A DNA stretch of 58,058 nucleotides, filler included, from Sphacelaria rigidula (Eukaryota), in the NCBI GenBank assembly GCA_964200075.2. It is 9 parts of 9 records of this genome, joined end to end, with 100 filler letters (N's around TTAATTAATTAA, not from the genome) between each part and the next. Parts side by side here need not be neighbours in the genome. Positions count along the whole stretch, not along the records: positions 6,464 to 12,826 come from CAXNAA020020524.1; positions 12,927 to 19,288 come from CAXNAA020020525.1; positions 19,389 to 25,750 come from CAXNAA020020526.1; 6 more parts are not named here. One strand, 5' to 3'. The notes beneath the pieces are model-generated. The model saw only the letters and a list, made by a program, of their open reading frames with translations. It was not told the origin of the DNA and did not search any database. The stretch's first letter is position 1. Each line of letters starts with the position of its first letter. Shown here in pieces: positions 10,879-22,935 of the stretch. A program made the position numbers and the translations under genes.

Positions 10879-11451
10879 CGACGGATCGCAGCAAGAAAAT
10901 AGGAAACCTTCGCTTGTTCCACTTGTCACTCGTACGGGTCTGAAAAATAGGCGGTTGGCCAAAATTGTTGTGTCTAAGCTTTGAACCATCAACCATATCT
11001 TGCTCAAGAACCGTCGATTGCAAATGATCAATTTTCCACTGTGAGTTCCAAAAGGGTTGAAGATCAAAAAGACAACCGGGCGCGGTCGATACTCATGGAA
11101 ATGATTGAAAAATCAAGGACGATACCGTTACTCGTATTTTCGTCGATGTACCAAAAATGAGACAAAACCTGCCTTGAGTCGATCTAGATTCTACATCAGG
11201 CACACCCCCTTTTTTTTATCGCACTCTGACGCCCCTCCCCTTTCTCGGGATGAGTCCGTGGTTTCAAGGGATCGACACATCTCTGCCCGCCTTGAATCTT
11301 GGTCTCGCGGATTGGTTCAACACTCCCGCACCGTGTCACCTCTGGTCAAACGAAGTCAGTGGACTATTTATTAATATGTTTTCTACCCTTGATGATGACT
11401 GAGACACCGCCAAAAAGTGCACTGCCTACAGTATCGAATCTACCAATGCAA

Positions 11452-11575
11452 CAAAGAAGAAACTCCCTTGTTGGCCTTCTTCCTTCTATGTGACCCCGGC
11501 TGGTGTGTCCACATACACCAGAAGGTGTAGACCGGCGTCCAGAAGAAATGGGACGACAACACATACATAACATGC
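11452..11575 (+). mobile_element. 5'-truncated SINE/LINE 3' end
   Basis: TGTGACCCCGGCTGGTG...TACACCAGAAGGTGTAGACCGGCGTCCAGAA...GACAACAC. Confidence 0.8.
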
Positions 11576-12339
11576 ACACATGACCGAGAGGAGTCCAACC
11601 CATTTCAAATTCGCTTGGCTCCGCGGTTTTGAGAGGGGCCTTTGAACGAAGATCCAACTGGACGTAAAAAAAATGCGGCGTCTGCAGGAATATCTAGTTA
11701 ATTCACGATTTTTCCACATAGTACTCACATTTTTTGGTGTCCAGCTGTATTTTTGTCCGGGGGCCATCCTCCCCACCTCGGAGTCAAGCAAATCGGAAAA
11801 GTGAGCTAGACTCCTCTTGGTGGGGTCATCGAAGGTGTCCCAAGACTTGTATGTGAGGGCGACATTCCCCTTGGCGGGGCCAATAAAGTGGGTCAAATGG
11901 TCCAAAACTGACGAATCAAACCAAGGAAGATGAACATGATGAACGGTCTGAAAAATAATTTGTTGCCACTCTGCTTCCGCACAGCTCTCCTGACCGCAAT
12001 TGCAGTCTATTCCCCCACACGACCACACTAAACGCAGATATCAACAACTCCCACTGATACAGCTACCGCATTCACACACAAGGCAGCACTGGATACTCTG
12101 GCTCTTACTGCTCTTTATACTACAACAGGAATGATGTTCTATTTATATATTGGGCTGCACACCTTGCGGCTGCTCTACCGCAACACTTCCACCCTGCACC
12201 TGCAATATGCGCACACTGCATAGGGAGGGGTGGGGGGTGAGGTAATTTTGATTGTGAGTTGTCAGGGGTGTGGGGGGCGACGGTGAATGTTGGATTAGAG
12301 GGGAGGGCGGGGTAGCTAAAATAACCACCCCCCACACGT

Positions 12340-12750
12340 GCTTGTGTGCGAAAAGTGCTATGATGCTAGACCGGGAAATACCGAGATATTTTTACATTTT
12401 ACAAGGAGTTGCAGGCAGAAGGAAGTACGCCGTCACCCACTTTATTCGAGGAGTTTATTAATGACCGGATAAGAGCAATTAGAAGCAGCAAAGCAAGGGG
12501 TCAGGGTGGGGAAGATGCAGTATCATGAGCGATATTTGCGGGTGATTTTGTGGGGATATCAGGAACACCAAAAGCATTGCAAAAGCAAGCTAGAATTCAC
12601 TAGGAAATGGATAGTGATGGCGAACGTATACAAATGCGCGGTTCTTATATGTAACAAAGTTGAGAAAAGCCCGGTAGAGATCAATTTGATGTGGAGAGAA
12701 GAGGACCTGCCGATCGTGCACCAGTATACAAACCTTGGCGTTGAAATATG
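12340..12750 (+). mobile_element. LINE reverse-transcriptase fragment (frameshifted)
   Basis: SAMMLDREIPRYFYILQGVA, EFTRKW..ANVYKCAV and LPIVHQYTNLGVEI; same family as the contig-4 LINE. Confidence 0.85.
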
Positions 12751-14070
12751 AAAAAAAAACTGCTATCGGGGTGTACTCATGATCATGCATGCCATAGTCA
12801 TAAGACCATTGACCTCGCATTCCTACNNNNNNNNNNNNNNNNNNNNNNNNNNNNNNNNNNNNNNNNNNNNTTAATTAATTAANNNNNNNNNNNNNNNNNN
12901 NNNNNNNNNNNNNNNNNNNNNNNNNNCGGCGCATCCGCCTGCAAACGTTCATGCAGCCTCTAGGCTGGCCCAGCTCGTACTGTATGGGAGTTTTTGTTTG
13001 AGCCGCATTCTCGTCGACGAAAAAAAGTGGACGATCTCGTTCTCCGGATTCTTTCGATATCAAGCGCAGAAACGCGTACATCAAACGTGATACATAGGGA
13101 ATATGAGTGACGTCGACCCATCAGATCGCATCATCTCGAATTCTGCCGCTCATCTCCGCTGCCCAAACTCTGGTGTGTAAAAACGAAAGAAAGGAAAGGG
13201 GAAAAAGGGAAGAAAAAAAACCTCCGACAGTCACAAAAATAGAACTAGTTCCGAGAACCTGATGTCAGGTGATTTGAGTGAACGTGGATTGCCAATGATC
13301 ACCTGGGCCTGGGGCCATATTGTGGAATTTCGGTGATGCTACGTAGCGTAAAATGTTTGGCCGCGTGAACGTTGGATGCACACGATTACACCGTAAAATC
13401 TGCGATGGTTGCAAGACCTAGATCACTGTGTTGTATTGCAAATGGGTGTGGGCTGTTCCAAAGCACGACGATCACGAGGACGCCCTGTTCACTTCCCGCG
13501 GTAGAATCGAGTTGTACCTGGGAATGACAGGACTTGTAGAAAAAGGAAAAGAGAAAAAAAAAACGTGGCGCTGACAGTCACGGACGTAAACGTGACGCAA
13601 CGACACTGTTTATTTTCATGTTCGACTCGATAACCGCCGTGCCGTTCAGGGTCAAAGCCTAACTCGGTCTCAACGTCCCCAACATCGGCAGTACGTGGGG
13701 GCTAGCGCGAGCCGCGTTCCCTTGTCGCTGTGCATTGAATTGTGCATCCGAACGGCGCTGCATGCCGACACAGGACTTACGGCTGTAACCTGTCGTCAGC
13801 AATCACCAAACGCCTCCCCGACAGGCAGGCGCCAAAATCGAGGGGGTTTGAACGTCCAGCCAATTCGAGTCCGGGTATTTGATTTCGTCACACTACCCAA
13901 TCCATGGCTGGCGTCATCTGGGTTTTCGCGGTCATTTTTCAAGTGAAAATTATACCGATTCAGCACAGTACCCCACCTGGTTAACCCTTTGATGCCAGGG
14001 TAGGATATCTGTTGAATCGGCATCATCACTTTTCAGGCCTCTCCCTGTAACAGACAATATATATATATAA

Positions 14071-14337
14071 TGAAGAGTGCCTTTTTGGAGCTTTTACGTC
14101 GTTTTACGCACCAAAGGAGAGCTGAGTTTGACACCTTGGAATGACTTGCTCTACTCGTTGAGGCGGTTTGAGGACATCTTGCCGTTTTCCGGTGGCCGCA
14201 GTTCTCAATTTGGCCGAACAAGAATTTTGGTCCAAGAACGGTGAAAAACAGTCAAGTCCAGAGAAAAGTGTCAACTCTCGCCTAGCTCTCTTGTGGGGCG
14301 TAAAACGACGTAAAAGCTCCAAAAAGGCACCTTTCAA
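14071..14337. mobile_element. MITE with ~55-bp TIRs
   Basis: TGAAGAGTGCCTTTTTGGAGCTTTTACGTCGTTTTACGC is inverted as GCGTAAAACGACGTAAAAGCTCCAAAAAGGCACCTTTCA. Confidence 0.8.
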
Positions 14338-14638
14338 GTTTTTTTTTGACTGTTATACGAGGAGCGGCCTCACTTGAAAAAATTGTGGGTAACCCAGATT
14401 ACCTTACCTTGGCGGTCAGGGGTTTAACCCTTTCAGCACCCGATGACCAACTGGCTTTTCCTCCGTCTTCGTCGCCGGGGTTTCGGAATACCCCTTTTGG
14501 TGAACAGACAATTCCTACGATTAAAAAACCGTTGCCACACACATGCCGATCGTCTAGGACGAACACATGTCGACCATACACACAAGCGAAACGCATGAAA
14601 GCGCAGCGATGAGCTTTGCTTTTCTCCACACACTCGAG

Positions 14639-14887
14639 TGATGCTGCGATGGACTCACCCCCGCTAAACCCACCTCGAAACTGTTTCGAAGAAAATAGTC
14701 ATACAGCGCATCATGACTGGTTGCAGGCTGCATGAAGCGCTTCATATGAGCGACATTGGCGAGGACGATACCAAGCGTCGGAATTCCCAGCTGCTCGGGG
14801 TGCTCGGCTTTTGTCATTTTGATGGACATGTAGATTTTGCCCCCTTAAACCAGCCACTTCTCTGGGGGGGGGGCTATCTTGGCATCA
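14639..14887 (+). mobile_element. MITE family B (TIR TGATGC(C/T)GCG)
   Basis: Short TIRs; homologous to 52536-52799; internal core shared with family A. Confidence 0.7.
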
Positions 14888-15038
14888 GTCGTTCCTGCTT
14901 TCAAGAGCGGCTGTTTGCTCCTGAGCCTTGGCAAACACGTCCTACAAAACCTCAACCCTCTCTCCCAACCATATGACCCTGCAATCCTATTGGTCAAACG
15001 GGTATCACGGAGAAAGAAACTTTGTCAAGCGCCCGAAC

Positions 15039-15327
15039 AAGGGTTATGACATATACCTAAGTAGTGGACTTCTTTTTGTTCCGATTGTCTTATACTAAAA
15101 TATATATGAAAATAATAAAAAATAAATCGTCTGTGACCCACAGATGGTGCGAAGGTTATATATACAAATATATATACATAAGTAGTGCACTTGCTTCTGT
15201 TCCGATTGTGTCCCATACTGAAATATATATGAAAACAATCCCAACCGCACCGCCTGTGTATCACAAATGATGACGAATATGCCAGCGAGTGCACTATTTA
15301 CGTATATAAAGTATGTCATAAACTTTT
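15039..15327. mobile_element. AT-rich MITE with a 10-bp TSD (MULE-type)
   Basis: GCGCCCGAAC at 15029-15038 and 15328-15337; TIR TTATGACATA/TATGTCATAA; internal duplication spaced ~120 bp. Confidence 0.75.
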
Positions 15328-16664
15328 GCGCCCGAACGGCCAACTAGCTGCCTCCTACGCCTAAACTATTATCATCCTCCAAATCATCGGTCGGACTTTG
15401 ACAATAGTCAGTTGGCGGAGGGAGCGAAGACGGGCAAGATTGCTCGTCAGGTGATTCGATGACACGCGATTGGGCCATCAGATAACTTGTTTGGGCCCAG
15501 ATTACGCTCACCATGAGCGTCGTTCTGACCGTGACATTTTTTTTTCAAGTGAACAAACATACTGCCGGCTCAACAGAAGGACGCACCGTGCCCACCAAAA
15601 GCTTGCACGCACGATTTGAGAATCAGTGCTACCCAACTCACCAGCTGGCCGACACAGCTGCAGTACTTCAAGTAACTTGATAGTCAGTACTAGATGAATG
15701 ATGGTATTGGCATTTGCGTTGATCGTGCACGACTCTACACGTATCCCGGACATGAGAAAATCTTGACCCGTGACAAAACTCATGAACATTTTTAGGCGCC
15801 AGCTGATGAAAGAAAGACGTTGACGGCAGAGGAGGTTATCTTGTCCCCGCCGGCGGTCCTCGTGCGAAGGAGTTTGTTTGGCTGTGATGCAGCTAAGTAG
15901 ACAGATGGGGGCGCTAATGAGCCTTGTGTGTGGATCGCACAAAACACACACCAAACAGCGAGGATCTTTTCAATTCGGCGAGGACACGGGCCGTTGAGGC
16001 AGGAGGCCTGGCCCCATCATCATCCATACGGCTCTTCGTTAGTTGCAGACCCTATTCCAAACATTTTCTGCGAAACTTGTTTACTGTGTAAAACTTGGCA
16101 CCTGTACTCTCAAGTACAAGTCCCGAAGTACAAATCCCGAAGAATTGCTGTAGGGCACGACTACTGTGTAGGTGCCCCCCACGTACGAGTTACTGCTGGA
16201 GGTTGTAGGATACAGTAGCTGTGAGAGGACATCCTGTATACACGGCGTATGCATCATGGGCCATTCCCATGAACGGCATGCACCAGTCAGTACGTTACCC
16301 TTATCAACAAGATGGCAGCATCCTGTGCTGGATGTCGGTAGGCAGTACGCATCACCGAACGGAGATGCCCCATGACTACAAACCATCAGAGTTCATTCGG
16401 AGGGTGCATGTGCATCCTCCACCCCCGTGGGTGCTGTTACACTGACTGTGTAAGTCTCGACAGTCTACGCTGGTTGTGTATTACATTGCATGGAGGACTG
16501 TCAGGTGCAAGTCAACTTCACAGGGTACCCGAACCATTAAGTGCATAGGTTGCAGGGTAAGGGACAGAGTGCTGCCGTTTAGAACCGCGGGCTGTATATA
16601 CACTACGTAGGGAAGATACAATCCCTGCTGTGTTGTGCTGCTTCTACTGACGACAGGTACACAC

Positions 16665-17258
16665 CTCTTGGTGCGCGCGGTCGTCATTTTCCTTCTCTTG
16701 CGGTACAACCGCCGCCGATTGTGCGCAGGTACTGCTAGTGCGTGCAGCAGCGGTGAGCGACTTCCTTTTCTGGTATGCGGCCAATCTAGCCTTCAAATCC
16801 TCCTCTCTCTCTCTCGTAGATAGGCGTCGCGGCGCCGCCTCGCCCGTCGACGCAACCCCCACAAGCGCCGTGGCACCACTAGTGTCGACACCCCCGGCCT
16901 CTCCTCCAGGATGATTATTCCGCATCAGTGGGGGTCTCGATACACCACAACCAGTGGCGACTTCACGGTTGTGGTGGTTTGCTGCGGGGTTATCACCTCC
17001 TACGGGCACCCTGCTAGACGATGATGATGATGATGACGTTGAGGTGGATTTGCGTTGTTGCATCGCCGCGTTTCTGGCGAGGTATTGGTCTAGTTTTTCT
17101 TTCCTGGACAGCTGCGTTGTGGGTTGGCCAGGTCCGTTTTTATTGGTGTCGTTATTGCCGTTAGAATAGGGTCGTTGTTGTGCAGCTGGCTGGTGCTGTT
17201 GGTGCTGATGCTTCTCCGTATCATGTGTTGTTGATGATGGATACTTCTCACAATTCAT
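16665..17258 (-). CDS. First exon of a low-complexity, disordered protein with a KEN box
   Basis: 198-codon open frame from ATG, with Q/N/S tracts, LSRKEKLDQYLA and EDLKARLAAYQKRK helices, and EKEND. Donor GAG|GTGTGT. Confidence 0.65.
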
Positions 17259-19557
17259 GATCGCGAGATGCAGCGAGAGCTATATACAATTGCTGGCGTA
17301 GCTTGGTGTTTGCGTTCCCCTGGATCCATAAAACTGGCGTCGGCGTGTCTCACAAGTAGTTTTCTGCCACCTTCGCTCGGGAAAAAAGCCCTTGGCAGCT
17401 ATGCAGCTATGGTTGCCGTGACTGCTTATGCAGTGGATAAACTCACTGCAATATCGTGCAATTGTTCCCAAGTAATCGCCAGGACCCGAAAACCCACCTG
17501 CAAGATCGAGCGATGCAGACCGACCTCCAGCAGTACATCTGTGGTGGTGTGGTAACCCTGGTGCGATTCCCGGGCGGGGGGGTCAATCGTGAGTTCACGA
17601 TTGATCGACAGCAGTACACCGTTATTCAAACCCGCCAAACTCAGCGTCAAGTGTCAAACGGTCTGACGGAACATAATACATGGGTACTCACAAGACCTCA
17701 TGTCATTTTCCAAAAATGATTCTCTTTTATGTTCCTGTCGCGTTTCAGACCAAAAAGTGGAGGATATTTCGAATATCCCAATTACGAAGGTCAACATAAT
17801 AGACCTCCAATCTTCTGGTTGTGTAGAGAGTAATAGACCTTTTCCATGAATAAAATACGTTTTCTTGCGCACACAGCATAGACAGTTATGCGATGACAGA
17901 CAAAGGCAAAGATAATGACAAGGTTGTCTGTTTTTGAAACATGACACAAAGGTGTATTCCTCGTGCCCCTTCAGCGTGCGGGTGATGTCTCCGATCAGTG
18001 ACCTGCTGTGCTTGAGCAAAAGAAGAATAGGACAAGATGCACGACGAATGGTCACCTGGTCAATATATGGTGAGCCTTCACTACCCCCGAGGATGGAAGC
18101 CGCAAGTCACTAATCTTTAGTGAGATGTACAGCAGGACAGCAAAACAAACCGTACCTGCACAACCGCACTCTTTCTTTCCTAATTCCGCTTCCGTTGCGT
18201 TCTCAGCTAGAGATTTGGGTACTGTAGGTCATGTGCAGTGTGGAGGTGGGGTAGCGAGGGGAGGGTGTATGCATTATTCGGGATAGACGCGTGTATTTTT
18301 ATATCCTCGTATATGGTGAGATGCATGCTCACGACTTGTATCAGGTGTGGCGCAATGGGACTGAACTTCACACGATGCGGTAAACCATAAAAAGTGCATA
18401 ATAATAAGATAAAACTGGCACCAGGCGCACAACCTCGTCTCGTATGTTACGTCGTGCCCACGTTGAGGATAGTCAGTACTGTTGTTGGTGTCAATTTGTT
18501 CCTGGTGCATGTCCTGCGCAAGGTAATGCTCCTTCGAACAATGGGTCCGAGTAATCAGGAGAGTACTACGCAGTCGTGACAGCCTGCTGCTCTCTCGGAC
18601 AATGTTCCCGAGATGTACTCGAGGCAAGTCGGTATTAACTCCACAATCCGGTTCACAGTCCTCTGCGTACTCATACGATCCAGGGACTCGCGCCGGCAAT
18701 GTATTTCGAGGGCACAGTCCGATAGGGTGGCGGACTGTCGAGGGTTCGCCGTACCCTTCTGACTGGTCAGACTCGGTGCTCAAAGGACCGTAACTGTGCA
18801 GAACCTGTGTAGCAGAGACAAAATCACTCGCGCTTCGTGCACACGACGCCAAGGTCATTGTGCAGCAGAGAAGTAGCGGCTGTTGGATTGAACGGTGGTG
18901 CCAGTTTTGCGCTCAGTGCACGATGGAGGATGGTAGGTACTGGAGTAGCTGTGCTGCAGTTAGCTCTCTGTTACATGTTCAAGTACGAGCAATGCATTAG
19001 ATACAATGGAATTGGACACCCTGAGATTCTGTTTCGAGATTTTGTCCGCTGACAGTCCGGCGAGTTTTTCGCCCGTGATTGTGGTCGGACTAGATAGACG
19101 CCAAAAGGACGCGGGTGCTTTTCCAAGTTTTCAAGGGTCGGACAAATAATGATTCGTCTGAAAATTATTTGGCTTTAGTATTATGAGTCGACTCATGACG
19201 AATCAATCCCTAGGCTTTATTTTAAGCGTTGCAACCCAGGTACACGCAGCTCAAACACGTGGACTGGCGCAAAAGTTGCGTGGATACCNNNNNNNNNNNN
19301 NNNNNNNNNNNNNNNNNNNNNNNNNNNNNNNNTTAATTAATTAANNNNNNNNNNNNNNNNNNNNNNNNNNNNNNNNNNNNNNNNNNNNAACGTCCCAAAA
19401 GTGAACAATCCGTGGGCCAAAAATCTGTTTGCCATAACATCTGGCCTTACATTCGCGGATTTTCAGGAAGATGCCACTGTTTCGTGCAGACGTCAGACAC
19501 GTCATTCCTAACCAGCCTCATTGGTCGTTCTGGGGGCCCGGTCCCAAAAGGGTCTAT

Positions 19558-19682
19558 TTTTTCCACAACGAGCAATGACTCGAGTGCTCGTCCTATTATT
19601 TTTTTCCCCACAACGAGCAATGACTCGAGTACTCGCCCCATTAATATTTTTCCACAGCGAGCAATGACTCGAGTGCTCGCTC
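19558..19682. repeat. Tandem repeat, ~45-bp unit x3
   Basis: TTTTCCACA(A/G)CGAGCAATGACTCGAGT(G/A)CTCG occurs three times. Confidence 0.88.
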
Positions 19683-19765
19683 TATGAATTTTTACGGCCA
19701 ACGAGTGCGACGGCCACGAGTCACATCGTGCTCGTCCGACGTATGAAAGCTTCGGCACTTTCGGA

Positions 19766-22700
19766 GTGTGTGTGTGTTGTCGCCCCATTTATTCTGGACG
19801 CCAGTCTACACCTGTCGGTATATTTGGGCGCATCAGTCGGGGTCACACAGGAGGCATCTTCATCTCGGGGGGGGGGGTACTCGTTTGGCCACTGACCACT
19901 GACCACTGACCACGCATCCCTTTCGAGACGGAGCACCGTTCCTACTCCTTATAGAGACACCTCCAACATTCCGGCGCCCATGGCGTTTTTCCATACGTTG
20001 CACGAAACCGTTCACACAACTCATCCCCGTCCTGTTTCGCCGTCTGTGGCTACCATCTATCTCCTAGTATAGCCATCGTTTTCTCCCTACGGTCTAATGC
20101 ATCAAACGAGTTTACACCACATTCGTTCACGAAGCATTCCCCCTCCATTACGTCCCGTTCCTCCTTGTATAGTTCACATCCCGCCACTAGATGAGTTCTA
20201 CTCTCGATTGCTTCGCCACAGGGGCAGTTCTGTGCATCTCGTCCCTCCTCCTCTCGACGATTAGTAAATCTCTTTTTCTGGCAGGTCCAGGTCCCCAACC
20301 CAAAATAACAGCTTCAAAATTTTCGCCGCGTCCATGCGGCCATGCGAGTATGTTTTCATCCCCATCCCCTCTCACAACCCCTCGTATATCTCCAGGTGTT
20401 CTTCTTCGTCTACTTTGCGTGTGAGCGCTCCTTTCCCCCTCGTTTCTATAATGCCGCTTACTCTTGTCTTGTGTCCGTCACCTTCACCTGTGGGCGGTAT
20501 CTCATTTTGGTTTTCTCCTATCTCCTTCCATACTTACTCGACTTCTTATCCCACCTTATTCGAGCCCGCCCTTCCGTAATTTTCTTCCATACGGTCCTTT
20601 CAACTATAGCTGGCCATTTCATCCTCCGCATGCTCTTGAAGCTATATTGCCATCGCAATTTTCTCACGTTTCTGTTTGCTTCAAGTGAGTACATTACTAA
20701 CTCTGCTTTCAGTGCTGTATTATTCCTCGTTTTCGGGTCTCCGAGTATTTTCTTAGCTGCTGCCATCTGTACTGTTTCCAACTTCTTCACCGACTTCACG
20801 TTCCCCTCCCATACTTGTCCTGCATATCCCAGCTTTGGTATAATCACGTTCACCAGGATACATCTCTGAGTCCTAGTGTCCAGGTGCGAGTCTCTGAGGA
20901 TCCCGTCCATCCTGCCTGTCTGTGCCTCACCCTTTTCCATCGCTTCGTTTATGTCTGCATCCCAAGATCAGTGTTTTTAGGTATCTACGCCAAGGTATGT
21001 ATATTGGTCTACGATCGGTAGCTCCTCTTTTCCCCAGTAGACCCAAAGACATCTACGTGAACAATCGCGGGTACTCGATTTGTCTTGATTTCACGATGAA
21101 AAAAGTCATGAGAAAATTCATGATTCGGGGCAGGTGGGCAGTGGTGAGCAGTAGACCCAGCTCGTCCAAAATTGGCTCAAAGGCGTCGAATTTAGCTCTG
21201 GCAACGCATATTTTGCGTAAGGAACACTTTACACCCCCCTTGTCCGAGGGTTCTTGGTATGCCTTAGTCGGGGTCAGGGTCAGGGCCAGGGGTAGCGTCA
21301 GGGTTGGCAGCATCTGCATAGTACCAACCATTATTTACGTACATTTCTTGAGGCCCCCTCCTTCTCCCATTTCCATTTGAACTCTATGGGGGTTTTCTCA
21401 TCTTCGTTATAGACGAGTACCGCGCATTTGTTAAGGTCCGCTGTCACTCTCCATTTCTTGGTGTATTCTAGCGCCTTGTCTGTCTGTTTCTGTTATCCTT
21501 CTGCTATTCCTGAGATCCCCACAAAATCATCCGCGAGCATTATCCTGATACCATATCTTTACCCACCTTGACTCCTTGCTTTGCTGCTTGTACTGCTAAT
21601 ATCAGGTCATTCAGAAACACCTGAAAAATAGTGGGTGATAACGTACATTCTTGTAAAATATCAAAATATTTCGATATTTTCCCGTCTAGCATCATCGCAC
21701 TTTCGGCACATTCTGTCATCTTCTTGACCATTCTCCATGCCTTTCCTCTCTCTGATCCCAGTTTCCCACAACATTTTCCACAATCCATTCTCCATGCTGT
21801 GCCATAAGCCTTTTACACGTCCAGAAAGAAACAGTACGTGGTCAGCCCGGTGTGTTTCCTACCCTGAATAATCTTACCTAGTGTGCAGACATGGTCTATG
21901 CAGCAACGGTTTGATCTAAATCCTGCCTGCCCCTCGCTGATTTCCTCTTCATTTTCTAGCGTCGTCCCTACTCTATCGTTCAGAACCTTGAAAACATATT
22001 TTCCCCACCGTGCTCAGTAGCGTTATCCCTTCATAATCTCCTGGGTCAGCCTTGTCTCCTCTTATGAAAAGGTTGACTACGCCTTCTCTTCACCTCTTGG
22101 GTGTGTACTCGTTTTCCCAGATTCAGTTGTACAGCATAACCATCATGGTAATCATTCCCTCTCCCCCTTACTTGTATAAATTCATTCACTATTTCTCCTG
22201 CCCCTGCTGCCTTTCTATTAGCTACGCACTCCTTTACTCCATCTCTGGTGAACTCTCTCCGCAATTATTTCGAGCCACTATCCTCCCGTTTTGACATCTC
22301 TACATTTGCTTCTGCCCACGCGTTGATTTCTTTTTCGAATTCCGTGTCAAACTCCGCGGTTGTGTCTGGTGCTCCTAGTTTACGGTAGTGCTCGACTAGC
22401 ATTTCTCCCTCTTTAGACTACTGACAAATTGACCGTTTTGTGCCCGGAGTGTGGCTACCCCCTTTTCCATCTTCCCTGCCTGGTTTCCCGTTATCCTTTT
22501 TATCCCTACCCACATTTGTTTCATCCTGCCATCGAAATCTTCATTTGTTTTTTCACTACATCTTCCCGTACTCCCTTCTTTTTCTTCTGTACCATTTTTT
22601 TACTTCCTTCCGAGCTTTAGTATACTCCTCCCATCCTGTCGTAGTTTTACTCGATATGCATCTCGCGTGGGCCGCTCTCGTTACTCCTACAGCCTCTTTC

Positions 22701-22935
22701 ACTTCCTCATTCCATCATTTTACTGCTCTGTTGCATACGATCAGTTTCTTCCCAATGACTTTACTCGCTGTGTCCTTGACCAGCCGCTCCCATCCTTCTA
22801 TAATCTTCGCCCCTGCCCAATTCCTTTCCATTTCGGCATCAACTGTACCTACGCGTTCCACAGCTCGGACTTTTTTACTGCTTTCTTGGCATCTCTTCTT
22901 GGATCTCTTGCACACTCTGAACAACAGACACCATA
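19766..22935 (-). mobile_element. 5'-truncated degenerate LINE: RT, C-terminal CCHC, 3' UTR with (CA)n tail
   Basis: WNEEVKEA, ILQECTLSPTIFQVFLNDLI, ADDFVGIS, YTYLG, KLGYAGQVW and CPCGEAIESRTHLVAGC, with many stops and frameshifts. The 3' tail at 19766-19855 matches the SINE tail. Confidence 0.92.
21036..21350 (+). repeat. Insertion in the LINE RT; dispersed repeat with GGGTCA units
   Basis: Interrupts the RT between FKWKW and ELPIVDQYTYLG; homologous to 9255-9410 and ~31300-31672. Boundaries approximate. Confidence 0.6.

Noticed and set aside
17512..18800. LSM-like gene starting MQTDLQQYI
   Set aside because: I could not assemble downstream exons with Sm motifs.
19558..19682. CRISPR-like array
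   Set aside because: Simple tandem repeat without unique spacers, no cas genes, eukaryotic context.
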